Virus record (IMG/VR): IMGVR_UViG_3300014039_000009
Span: 1-38,166 of that record
Reading direction: 5' to 3' (one strand)
Origin: a virus
DNA length: 38,166 bases
Shown here piece after piece: positions 9,700 through 20,700 of the stretch (position 1 is its first letter; each line of letters starts with the position of its first letter). The position numbers and the translations under genes are program-made. Under the pieces are notes generated by a model that was given only the letters and a program-made list of their open reading frames with translations, had not been told where the DNA came from and made no database searches.

Positions 9700-10058
9700 T
9701 TACTGTTAAGATTCAGATGCAAGATTTAACAAAGAAGTTTGAAAAAAGAGTAAATCGAGCACAGTTTTTGTTAGATTCTCAAATCGTACAAGACACAAGC
9801 CCTTTTGTTCCTTTTAGAACTGGCATGTTGGATTCATCCGTTATGCGTGCATCACAAATTGGCAACGGCGAAATTGTTTATGATACTCCATATGCAAGAG
9901 AAGTTTATTACGGAATAAGCAACAGAACAGGTAGAAAACTGAATTACAATAAAACCTTTCACCCTCTAGCTTCGGCACAATGGATTGAGCAGAGCAAATC
10001 TGCTTATTTAGATAAATGGATTGAAATAGTAAAGGAGATTCTTTCAAATGATAATTGA
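9696..10058 (+). CDS. HK97 gp10-like tail-completion protein
   Basis: Motif SPFVPFRTGMLDSS and an ATGA overlap with the upstream gene. Confidence 0.65.
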   Translation: MITVKIQMQDLTKKFEKRVNRAQFLLDSQIVQDTSPFVPFRTGMLDSSVMRASQIGNGEIVYDTPYAREVYYGISNRTGRKLNYNKTFHPLASAQWIEQSKSAYLDKWIEIVKEILSNDN

Positions 10059-10452
10059 TTCTATAATAGAGTTTCTTAATGAACAGTCGAAAAAGGTCAA
10101 TCTGCCTTCGGTTATGCTTGATTATTTAGCAAATAAGGATTCTTTGTCTTTGCAGACTATAGGGCAACCGAGCATTGAAAAGGCATATATCGACGGCACC
10201 ACATTAAGAAAGGTCTCTTTCAGATTAGCAAGGAAAAGTAGTGAGAAATACTCATCTTCTCTTCCTTCATTGCAGATTATTTCTTCTTTAGAATCTTTCG
10301 CGTTACTTTTTGAAGGTATGAACAATTTTAAGCTTGACGATGATTATACAATTGTAAAAGCAGATGTTTCCTCCCCTTCAATTCTGGCACGAGAAACTGA
10401 AAAAGATGTCGTTTACGGAGTGACGATAAATGTCACATATATAGGAGATTAA
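10048..10452 (+). CDS. Tail terminator/completion protein
   Basis: Call based on gene order; it overlaps the upstream gene. Confidence 0.5.
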   Translation: MIIDSIIEFLNEQSKKVNLPSVMLDYLANKDSLSLQTIGQPSIEKAYIDGTTLRKVSFRLARKSSEKYSSSLPSLQIISSLESFALLFEGMNNFKLDDDYTIVKADVSSPSILARETEKDVVYGVTINVTYIGD

Positions 10453-10461
10453 AAAGATATT

Positions 10462-10959
10462 ATGGCAGGAAAAATTGCTGTAAAAAACACTCATAGGGCT
10501 ATTTTTCTCGATACCTCTGGTGGTTCGGGGGATGCATCTTATGAGAGACTCGGAAATGGTGTAACAAGTTTTACACCTTCAACAAATCCAACTGTTGACA
10601 CGAAGCATTATATTGATGCAAGCTCTCCTTCTCATAGTGTTACTGCAGTAGAGAGACAGTATGCTTTTAATGCTGATGTTATTAAAGGAGAACCCTGTCT
10701 TGATTATTTATCAGGACTTGACGGAGCTACTGGCGATAAGTGTAAGAGTATCATGATTGATGTCGACCTTGCAGGAGAGGCAACAAGCGGCGCTTATCCT
10801 GCTAAAAAATATAACGTCCTTATTGCTATTGAACAGCCATACTCTATTGAGGGTGGCGAGAACCAACAGATGTCGGGAACGATTTATACGAACGGTGATT
10901 ATGAAGAAGGAACATTCAACCCTTCAACTAAAGCATTTACTGCAAAATCTACAGGCTAA
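10462..10959 (+). CDS. Major tail protein
   Basis: 165 aa, located before the chaperones and tape measure, and followed by a hairpin. Confidence 0.7.
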   Translation: MAGKIAVKNTHRAIFLDTSGGSGDASYERLGNGVTSFTPSTNPTVDTKHYIDASSPSHSVTAVERQYAFNADVIKGEPCLDYLSGLDGATGDKCKSIMIDVDLAGEATSGAYPAKKYNVLIAIEQPYSIEGGENQQMSGTIYTNGDYEEGTFNPSTKAFTAKSTG

Positions 10960-10993
10960 GAGATTGTTGTAGAAATCCGTAGAATTAACCTCT

Positions 10994-11038
10994 TGAACCT
11001 CGGTATAGAGCTATCCTTATATCGAGGTTCATTTTATT
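10994..11038 (+). terminator. Hairpin/partial terminator after the major tail gene
   Basis: tgaacctcg (10994..11002) pairs with cgaggttca (11023..11031), followed by ttttattt. Confidence 0.55.
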
Positions 11039-11039
11039 T

Positions 11040-11462
11040 ATGGAAGAAAGCAAAGCAGAAAGAAAAACAGTTGAAACATTTAAAGAAAAAATTATTCTAA
11101 CTACTACCGACGGAAAAGAATATTATTATGTCTTTAACAAATCGATACCAAAATATTGGCAAGAATTGAGAGACCTTGTTGCAAAAGATAGAAATGATTT
11201 CTATCAAGCTAAATTAATCTCTGCAAAAGATGCAGAGCAGGGGGCTTGTTACCTCTTAACAAAAGATGCAGAAAATGCTCGGGAATATATCAATCTTTTT
11301 TACCAAATTGCAGTTGATGATGATACAGTTGACGGCGATAAATGTGCAATGAAAATCTTTGAGCTTGTTGATTTGGATGCATTAAGAAAGATAGCTGTTA
11401 CAATTATTGAGGCATATTCAAATTATTATCACAAGAAGATTCAAGAGGGATTTTCTAGATGA
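11040..11462 (+). CDS. Tail assembly chaperone
   Basis: Position between the major tail protein and the tape measure. Confidence 0.55.
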   Translation: MEESKAERKTVETFKEKIILTTTDGKEYYYVFNKSIPKYWQELRDLVAKDRNDFYQAKLISAKDAEQGACYLLTKDAENAREYINLFYQIAVDDDTVDGDKCAMKIFELVDLDALRKIAVTIIEAYSNYYHKKIQEGFSR

Positions 11463-12058
11463 TAGAATACTCAATCCTCACCCATGATTTACCGACATCA
11501 ATCAAAGTCAAAGACAAAGAATACAAAATAGATTGTAGGGTTTGTAAAATTCTACAGGCTCTCTATATTTTAAGTATGGACGAATTAGACCTGCCCTTTA
11601 GAATTGGTGAGGTTACATCTTTGCTTTTGGGGGATAATACCAAATTTGAGGCTGATGATTTTTTAGAAGTATGGAGCGAAATCGTAAATTTTCTCAGTGG
11701 CTATCCAAAAAGAAATACAACAGAAAGCAAGAAACAAGTCCTCTCTTACTCTCAAGACCATGACATCATTTATTCTGCATTCAGGCAGGCTTACGGATTA
11801 TCTCTAAACGAGATTAAAAACATGCATTATTGGGAGTTTCTCTCTCTATTAGCTGGTCTCCCTGCTGATACTCGATTGAGTGGAGTTATACAGATTCGAT
11901 TAACCGAAATTACATCAAAAGACAGTGCCGAAGTGAGAAGGGCAAAGATTAAAGCAAAACAGGCTGTAAGCATCAAACCGAGAGTTAGAGAAGGGCAAGA
12001 AAGGGAGTCGGGCACAGATATCATTTCGAATGCATTAAATAACGAAAACGACGAATAG
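11459..12058 (+). CDS. Second tail chaperone (Gp15-like)
   Basis: ATGA overlap with the upstream gene and position directly before the tape measure. Confidence 0.5.
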   Translation: MIEYSILTHDLPTSIKVKDKEYKIDCRVCKILQALYILSMDELDLPFRIGEVTSLLLGDNTKFEADDFLEVWSEIVNFLSGYPKRNTTESKKQVLSYSQDHDIIYSAFRQAYGLSLNEIKNMHYWEFLSLLAGLPADTRLSGVIQIRLTEITSKDSAEVRRAKIKAKQAVSIKPRVREGQERESGTDIISNALNNENDE

Positions 12059-12077
12059 AAGGAATTAAAAAAACAAA

Positions 12078-14777
12078 ATGGCTGACGGAAAAGTAATCAT
12101 AGAAACAAAATTAGACACCTCGGGGCTAGAGACTGGAGCAAAGCAGGCAACAAGCACTGTTAATAATCTCGGCAAGAGTATGAAGAATGCGAGCGAAAAT
12201 TCAGAAGCTCTCGATAATGGACTTCAGGGGGCAACAAAAAGTTTAAAAACTCTTGAAACCGTTGCAAAAAGCAGTATAGTTATAAAACTCGCGAATTTAG
12301 CAATCGAGACAGTCGAGAAAATAGGTGAAGAAACAGATAAGGTTTCGACGAAGTTAAATGCAGCTTCTACCCTCTATGGTGATGTTGCTGTTGACCAACA
12401 GAGACTTCTCGAAAATCTCTATGCTATTTCTAGTCAAACGGGTGAGAGTGTAGAAAACCTCGGACAATCAATCTATGATGCTTTATCTGCAGGAATCGAA
12501 CCGACCGAAGATATGGCAAATGTCCTTCAAATCGTTGGAGAATCTGCAAAGTTGGCAAAAGGTGGTTTTACAGATACAAGTACAGCTTTGTCTGCAACTA
12601 TCTCTGTTTTAAATGCCTATAAAATGGATGCATCTAAAACGAACGAAGTCCAAAATATGCTATTACAGACACAAAACAAAGGTGTTACAACTGTTGGAGA
12701 GTTGGGCTCGGCTTTGGCGAAGGTAACTCCGACTGCGGCAGCTTTTGGCGTTAAATTTGAGGATATAGCAACATCAATTGCCTTGATGACAAAACAGGGA
12801 ACAAAGACAGAGGTTGCTACAACAGCCCTTGCTCAAGTAATTTCAGAGCTCGGAAAAAGTGGCACAACTGCTAGCAAGAATTTAGAGAAAGCTGCAAAAA
12901 AAGCAAAGCTTACAGATACAAGTTTTAAAGGCTTACTCTCTAGTGGAAAATCACTCGGGGAGATTTTAGAATTAATGTCAGATTATGCAGAGGCTAATGG
13001 TCAGAGCATGGTCGATATGTTCTCTTCAATCGAGGCAGGAAGGGCGACTCTCCAATTAGTCGGCGAAAATTCATCATCGTATGCAGAGATTCTTGACTCA
13101 ATGCATGATTCTACGGGCTTAGTACAGCAGGCATTTGAAAAGACTGTAAAACCCACAGAACAGCTAGCCTCGGCATTTAATAATTTATTCTCAAATATCG
13201 GCATGCAGTTTAAACCTTTGGTTGATACATTAGCCTCGGGGCTTGCATCTGTTATAACAAAAATGACGAAGCAGGAGACAACCTCTCAAGACCTTTCTAC
13301 GGCTTTAGATTCTTTAAAAAACTCTACAAATGGAGTTAAAAAGGCACAGGAAGATTTAAAGACAGCAACAGATGAAACAACGACAAGCCAGTATAAGCAG
13401 TCTCTAGCATCTCTGTATGATTCGGTCAATAAAGTTTCAGATGCCTATAACAATGCACAGGCACAATTGAAGAAATATAATAAGCAAGCAAATGACGCGT
13501 GGACGATTGCAGATGAAGCAGCAAATAAAAGCGCTGCTGCTTTAAAAGAGGCGCAGAAATTAAACGAAAAAATCACATTTGAAGACTTAATAAAGCAATG
13601 TAAAGAATGGCGAGATGGTGCAGAAGATTTGGCTAGCATTTTTCCTTATCTTGCAGAAAATCAAAGAGATATTTATGCCGAGAGCGTTCTTGAGTTTGAC
13701 GATTTATATAAAAATTATGAAGCAAGCAAAAATGTTGCTCGAAGTTATTCAAATGCGATAGCCGAGTATGTTAACGAAATGGCTCAACTCGTCAAAGAGG
13801 GAGGATTATCGATTGATGTCCTTACTACTGTAAACGCAGACCTTGCGAGGGCTGTCGAGAAGGCTCTTGAAAATACAAAAGATGCTACAAAAGCAACAAA
13901 TGATGCTGTTAACAATACAAGTACTAATGCAAACAACAAAATAAGTAAATTCAAGGACGGTTGGAAAAATTTCTGCAAATATCTTGGCTCTAGTGCCGAG
14001 GATTTATCAAAATCTCTCGCAACAGGACTCGGCTCATCTTTAGAATCTTTTATTGAAGATTTATTAACGATAGATGAGCAAGTTGCCGAAATTGACACAG
14101 AATTACAAGATGCATTCAGTAATCAAGAAGACAATGCAAATTCCCTTCTATCAGCTGAACAAAAATTGCAAGATGCCAAAGCTCGAGGAAATGCCTCGGC
14201 TATAGCACAAGCACAAGAAGAAGTTGATAGATTGAAAAAACAACAAGAGGCAATAAAAACAACAATATCTAGTCTTCAAGACCAAAAGAAGAGCATACAG
14301 GACGGTTCTAAAGCTTGGGGAGATTTTGGAAAAACAGCTTTGCTTGCTCTTGCTGATGTTCTAGAAGCACTCGGAGCACAGTTGGCAGCTCAAGCAGTTT
14401 CAATGGCATTTTCTTTTCGTTGGGTTGAAGCTGGTCTTGCAACTGCAGGTTCTATTGCAGCATATGCTGCAGCCGCTGCCATAAAAGCAAACGCTCAAAA
14501 ATTCGCAACAGGTGGTATTGTGCAAGGTTCTAGTCGGCAAGGAGACAATGTGCTTATAAGGGCTAATGCAGGAGAGCTTGTGCTTAACACAGCCCAGCAA
14601 GACAATCTTGCTCGATTAATTGAAGCCTCGGCAAGTTTAGCACAGGCAACAGGAGAGGGAAGTAGTGCAGTAAATATTAGATTTGAAGGCTCTTTCTTCT
14701 ATGGTCTCGATGAGCCTGCAGTTGGTAAGGCTATTTATGACAATATCCAAACTCTCAAATATGAAGGAGTTATTTAA
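12078..14777 (+). CDS. Tail tape measure protein
   Basis: 899 aa, Ala/coiled-coil rich, with a TP901-type core (NAYKMDASKTNEV...GVTTVGELGSALAKV) and the C-terminal motif FATGGIVQG. Confidence 0.95.
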   Translation: MADGKVIIETKLDTSGLETGAKQATSTVNNLGKSMKNASENSEALDNGLQGATKSLKTLETVAKSSIVIKLANLAIETVEKIGEETDKVSTKLNAASTLYGDVAVDQQRLLENLYAISSQTGESVENLGQSIYDALSAGIEPTEDMANVLQIVGESAKLAKGGFTDTSTALSATISVLNAYKMDASKTNEVQNMLLQTQNKGVTTVGELGSALAKVTPTAAAFGVKFEDIATSIALMTKQGTKTEVATTALAQVISELGKSGTTASKNLEKAAKKAKLTDTSFKGLLSSGKSLGEILELMSDYAEANGQSMVDMFSSIEAGRATLQLVGENSSSYAEILDSMHDSTGLVQQAFEKTVKPTEQLASAFNNLFSNIGMQFKPLVDTLASGLASVITKMTKQETTSQDLSTALDSLKNSTNGVKKAQEDLKTATDETTTSQYKQSLASLYDSVNKVSDAYNNAQAQLKKYNKQANDAWTIADEAANKSAAALKEAQKLNEKITFEDLIKQCKEWRDGAEDLASIFPYLAENQRDIYAESVLEFDDLYKNYEASKNVARSYSNAIAEYVNEMAQLVKEGGLSIDVLTTVNADLARAVEKALENTKDATKATNDAVNNTSTNANNKISKFKDGWKNFCKYLGSSAEDLSKSLATGLGSSLESFIEDLLTIDEQVAEIDTELQDAFSNQEDNANSLLSAEQKLQDAKARGNASAIAQAQEEVDRLKKQQEAIKTTISSLQDQKKSIQDGSKAWGDFGKTALLALADVLEALGAQLAAQAVSMAFSFRWVEAGLATAGSIAAYAAAAAIKANAQKFATGGIVQGSSRQGDNVLIRANAGELVLNTAQQDNLARLIEASASLAQATGEGSSAVNIRFEGSFFYGLDEPAVGKAIYDNIQTLKYEGVI

Positions 14778-14780
14778 CAC

Positions 14781-17700
14781 ATGACTAATGAATTACAGGT
14801 TTTTATTAAAGAATTAGGAGATGCCTCTTGGACAGATATTACATCAAGAGTTGTTAAGGCTAATTTTAAAATTAAAGAGGGGTTCGGTTCTCTTGGTGGC
14901 TCCCTGAATCTTTCTAAATTAGATATCACATATAAGGCATCAGACCTTGCTGTAGCATCTATCTTTCATACAACAGCAAAGATTATCAGAATTAAAAAGA
15001 ATGGTGCTGTTATTTGGGAAGGCTTTACAGAAGGCAGTTCTACTGTGAACTCAACGGATTCTTCCAAATTGGCATGGGTTAAAGTTTCAGCATATCCATA
15101 TATTCATGCATTAGAAAAGATTGTTGCTCCTGCTGATGAGGTTTTCTATGATATTTTTATATCGAAACAGACTACCGACAAGACATCATTATTAGAGCGT
15201 CTTTGGTCAAGGATGATAGGGAATGCAGAAAGTCCATACAGAGAGTTTCTAAAAGATTCTGTTACAATTATCTTCCCAACAATTGAAGTGAAAAGACCAA
15301 TTGTTGTAATTGAAGAGGGTGATAATTATCTAACAATCTTCAATAAAATCTTAAAACAATATGGTTATGTTTTTAATCTTGACGGATTTATTGTTCGTTT
15401 TGTTCAACCTTTTGCTGACGATTATCGAGAGATAAAACAGATTCCATTTTCTAAAATTGAAACAAAACCAACTATAAAAACAGCTCCTTATAAATCAAGC
15501 TCTCGACCAATTATCACTATCTCTAAAATTATCACTAGAGATAATTGTCAGGTTTACTCTTTAGCACAGGAAGGAGAGAATGCCGAGCACGAGTTGTATA
15601 TCAATTCAACATTCCCAGAAGAGGGAGAATATGAAGACATTAAATACAGCAATCAAAATATAGAGACTGATAACATTTCTTTTTATTATGCAAAGAATCC
15701 GACTATGTCATATCAGGCTCGATACTCTGATAACTCAAGTGATGCTGTCCTTGCAGAAGAAGTAAAAGAGTTAAATGGCACTAGTGCTAAAGTCAAATTA
15801 AGAAATACAAGCACAGTTTTATCTTGTTATCTTAATCAGCTAAAAATTACAGCGGAAAAAGCTTATTTTTTGGACAAAACAACACAGGTCACTCCAACGG
15901 CATCAACTATCGGAGATAAGAAAGAAGAAACAACAGAATGGCTCTCTACTGAAAACGATGCTAATAATTACATTAATTTTTTGCTTGCAGAACAAAAAGC
16001 CGAAACATCATCTTTCACATTTAAATCTGAACTTCTAGGAAACGAAGTCCGTCCGAATAATTTAATAAAAATTGGAGATATTCAAGCTCTTTATCTTGTA
16101 AGAAACATCAGCACGGATATAACAACTAACGGAAAAGAGTATAGCTGTGTTCTTTTTGAATTACAAAAAAAGACTACAAAAGTTTATGCAATGAGAGGAT
16201 TAAAAAGAGTCGGTGCAAAAGGCAACAAGGGAGATAGGGGAGCAAATGGCTCATCCAATGCCCTTATCACTCTCTATAAGAGGTCTGCAACACAGCCTTC
16301 TAGCTTTGACGGTGGAGCTTTAACTTATACATTTGCAACAGACACTCTATCAGGCAACCTCGGTACTTGGAGTAGAAGCATCTCTAGTGGCTCTAATCCT
16401 CTTTATGCAATTACAGCTCGAGCATATGGCACAGGAGAGACAGATATAATCGACATCGGAGAATGGTCAACTCCAGCTATTCTTTCAGAGAATGGCACTA
16501 AAGGAGAGAATGGCTCTACTGTAGCTGTTATTACTCTATACAAGAGAGGAGATTCAGCACCTGCCACTCCTTCGAAGACTGTTTCATTCTCTTTTCATAC
16601 CTACACAGTCACAAACTCTGACGGATGGACATTAGGCATTCCTTCAGGCTCTGCACCTTGTTGGTCTATATATGCTACAGCAGTATCTGCAAATGGTGTC
16701 TCGGATACAATCGAGCCGAGTGAATGGTCTACTCCAATTAAGGCATTTGAGAACGGTGCTAAGGGAGAGAAAGGAGACACTGGAACAGCAGGCTCTTATC
16801 TATCTTTCTTTGTCTCAAGAATCCTTGTTGATTGCTATGCAGAAGGAGATATCATCGGAGATGAAAAGATTACATTTAATGCCCAATCAGACGGAGAAAT
16901 AACATTAGAAATAGATGCAACTCCAATTAAGACAGCAACAAGGCTCTTAGAGTATTCTGCTACTCCGGCTCAAGTTCTTGGAGATAAGCAATCTGTTTTA
17001 GTTGTTGCAAAAACAAGCAAGATTCAGCAGAGCTATACAATTTCTAGAGTTATCAGAAAGGGTTCTCTTTCAATTACTGCTGATAAGTCATCAATCCCTT
17101 TCTATGCTGATAATGTTCCACATTCTTCAGCAGATAAGATTACTCTTTCTGTCTCTGCTGTAAATTATAAAAATACTCCGAAATTGTATTTGAATGGAGT
17201 TGCTCAGACTGTAGAGAGCAAGAGTGACTATACATTTGATGTCTCACAGTCAGCATTTAAGAATACAGATACAATTGTTGCCAAGATAATATGTGGGCAA
17301 GATATTGATAGCATTATTCTTTCTAAAGCTCTTGATATTGGTTCTCTTACTCTTACAGCAGATAAAACAGGCTTTGAATACTATGCAGACAATGTAGCAG
17401 TTAATACAAGCGAAAAAGCTACAATTACAATAGAGCAACAGGGCTACTCGAAGATGCCTGATTTAATCCTCAACTCTGTAAAAACAACATACACATCAAC
17501 AGGGAACAAAGGCTCTTATTCTATCCCAATTACAGCTTTGCAAGACATATCATCTCTTGAAGTAAAGATTGCTAATGAAAAGGAGATGAAGGCTTTACAG
17601 ATAATCAAGACAAAGCAGAATCCAAGCATTATATTACAGGTCTCTACACCTGTTGTTGAATTTTATTATGATAATGTCGCAATTTCAGGCAATGTCACTT

Positions 17701-20700
17701 TAACGGTTAAATATTCAGGGCTTTTCTATGCTCCTCTCTGCAAGATTGGAACCACACAGGTTGCTTTATCATCAGCAGGAGTGGGCACAATTTCTATTTC
17801 ATCTTTTAAAGATGTTGATAGCCTCACAGTTGATGCTTATGCTCAGAAGAATCTTATTTATTCAGTCTCTCAGACTATCACAAAGACAAAGAGACCATTG
17901 AATTTATCTGTCGGAGCATCTGCAACTCAATTTAGTTATGACAGTAAAAATGCTGTATCTCCTAGCTCTATTACTCTAACCAACTATACAACCGGATTAT
18001 CTAATCCAAAATTGGTTATTCTTAAAGTTGGTGGTACTGCTAAGACATGGAGTGATACAAATACATTTTCTATTACTCCCGATATGATTACAGGCAGATA
18101 TCTCAATATTGAGCTTAGTTATGGCACTGAAAAGACTAGCATGATTATCACTAAGACCTATGACGGAAAAGCAGAGATTATACAGTATTCCAAGACTAAA
18201 AGTTTTAAAATCTATCCTGATGATGAATATAGCTTTACTTATAATGCCTCGGGCTTAACATACAACGGTCAAACATTTGTATGGACCATTACTTGGTCTG
18301 AAACAATCCCTGATATATCATCTAATGAGTATCTATGGAGAAGGTCAAGGAACTCTGAGACTGATGCTTGGCAGTATACTCGATTAACTGGCATTCAGGG
18401 AGATAAAGGAGAGCAAGGTGGTGGAGAGTATCTCGGTCATTACACAACTGCCCCGACAAAAAAGCCAAATGGAGATTCTATTGCAAATGGTGATTATTAT
18501 CTAAACACAGCTACAGTTGGCTCTCCTCTGCCTTATAGATACAAGAATGGTCAATGGGTTCTTATTACTACATCTGACAAAGACTGGTCACTAATAGCAT
18601 CTGCAACTATGGAAGATGTTAACAACTTTGGTGGTGCTCTTCTTTCTACATCATCTTATTATGCATTCTTTCAGCTCTTATCAGCACAGAAAGCTTTCGT
18701 GAACTCCTTAGGAGCACAGAATATCACTCTAAATGAAAATGGTCTCATACAGAGCGAAAACTATGAGTCTACCGAGGGTGCAGAGGGCTTTAGAATCAAT
18801 GCTGACGGTTCTGTCGATTTTTCTACAGGCACTTGGAGAGGTAGTTTTGCAAACGGTCTATCCTTTATCCCTGCAACTCACATGATTGCAAAAAAGACTA
18901 TGACTCACAAGCAAGTTTATCAAGCAATGAAAAAGGCAGGCATAGTATCAGGCATTTACAAAACTGCAGATTTACAAGCCTTTGTTGATACAGGAGCAAT
19001 TAGTGGGGAAAATGGTGAAAGTGCTCCATATACATCATCAGGAATCAATACCGGTAATGGTTTTGCTTGTCTCGATTATGCCCAGTCAGCATTAACGATG
19101 AATATTCCTCTTTTCACAACATTCTCGGGCATCTTACCAATCAATCCTGATTTGTATTTAATTTTTCATGGCACAAAAAATGGTAGTACAGTAACAAAAA
19201 ATGTTTACCTTGTTACAAAAACAATGCTTGCAACAGCTCAGTTTAATACATCAGAAATCTATGACTTTACTAGTTTAAAGCAATACCCTCAGTCAAGCTT
19301 GGTTAATTGTATTACAATTTCTGCAGATGATAAGCCTAAAGTTGTTTTCATTGGTGCAGTCGTAAATGGAAAACTGATTGCTCACGATATTGAAGCAGGA
19401 ACAGTCGGTCTCTACTCTTTTAATACAACAACAATGTCTACAACAAAAGAGGCTACTCTCAACTTAATATCATCATCTTGGACTATAGAGAGAGGATATG
19501 CACCAAGCTATAATTACCATGAGTTTACAGATAGTTCAGGCAAATACTGGGAGACAAGCCTTGTATCAGCTGATTTTAAGAGCTTTGCAATAAGTAAGAC
19601 TGCTGACTTAAAGACATACAGCGTAATCTCAACTTATACTACTGCATATACTTCTAACCCACCAATTCCTCTTGATGTCGTAAGAGTAGGCTCAAGAATA
19701 TTTGGTCAAATCTTAGAACAAACAACTGTATCTAATACAATTCATAACACTCTTTATTTTGCCGAGTATAACACGACAACAAAAAAATGGGATAGAATCC
19801 CTGATTCGTATTCTACTGTTGAAGATTTGGCATCAATAAATATTCCTTCTCTTTTAGTAAAAAATGGAGTAATTTATGGCTCAAAATCGGGTTATGATTT
19901 ATTCTCTTATAATCCGACAACAAGTGTTTTTGCCGACCTGTCCAGTATTTTAAAGACAGGCTTACCAACAACTGTTTCCTGTGACAAGAAGATTAAAGAA
20001 TTAGTTGAAGTTGTTAAGCCTCTAACTTTTGACTATGTAACAAACTATACAAATAATACTGTTAAATACTCTAAAACTAAACATTGGCAAAATCTAAGAG
20101 TGACCGGCATTTCATGGAGTACAAAGCTTAATGCTCTTATAATTTCGGCTAATGTGCACGAAAATGATGGCATTTATGCTCCACTATTTAACATTGTTTA
20201 TTCGTACGATATTACAACAGGCAAAACAAAGATGATTAGTCCTATCTTTGCAGCAATTGAGACAGAGAATACAACAGCTGAATTTAATCCGATTAACCCT
20301 TATGTGGAGAGTTCATCTATCTATGCAATTTCAGCAGGCAATTCAGTTCTTGTTTCAGAAATTCCAACAGCAAATGAAATGTCTTTCACTGTAAATAACA
20401 TCAAATTTACTGACCTTTTTGCTTTCTATAACGGCGAAAAAACTCTTGATTCTGTGCTATTTCCTACTCCTGCATCTGTGCCTCTTGGCATTAAATCACA
20501 GTTTCAGCTGTGGGCAAGCTTAGAAAAAGAGGTCCTTATATCTAAAGCTGTGGAATATGGAGATAACAGACTCTATAACACAACTGACACAACTCTGACA
20601 TTCCATTGTGCAGTGCCATTTGCACACGAAACCAAAATGATCATCAGAGAAAAGGCAGATGCTTATGAGATAATCTTGGGCACATATCGATTACTGGGTT

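Noticed and set aside
11040-12058. A programmed -1 frameshift (G/GT type) between the two tail chaperone genes.
   Set aside because: The two ORFs are joined by a simple ATGA stop/start overlap with an independent start codon. I saw no slippery heptamer near the end of the first ORF. I cannot fully exclude it without a systematic scan.
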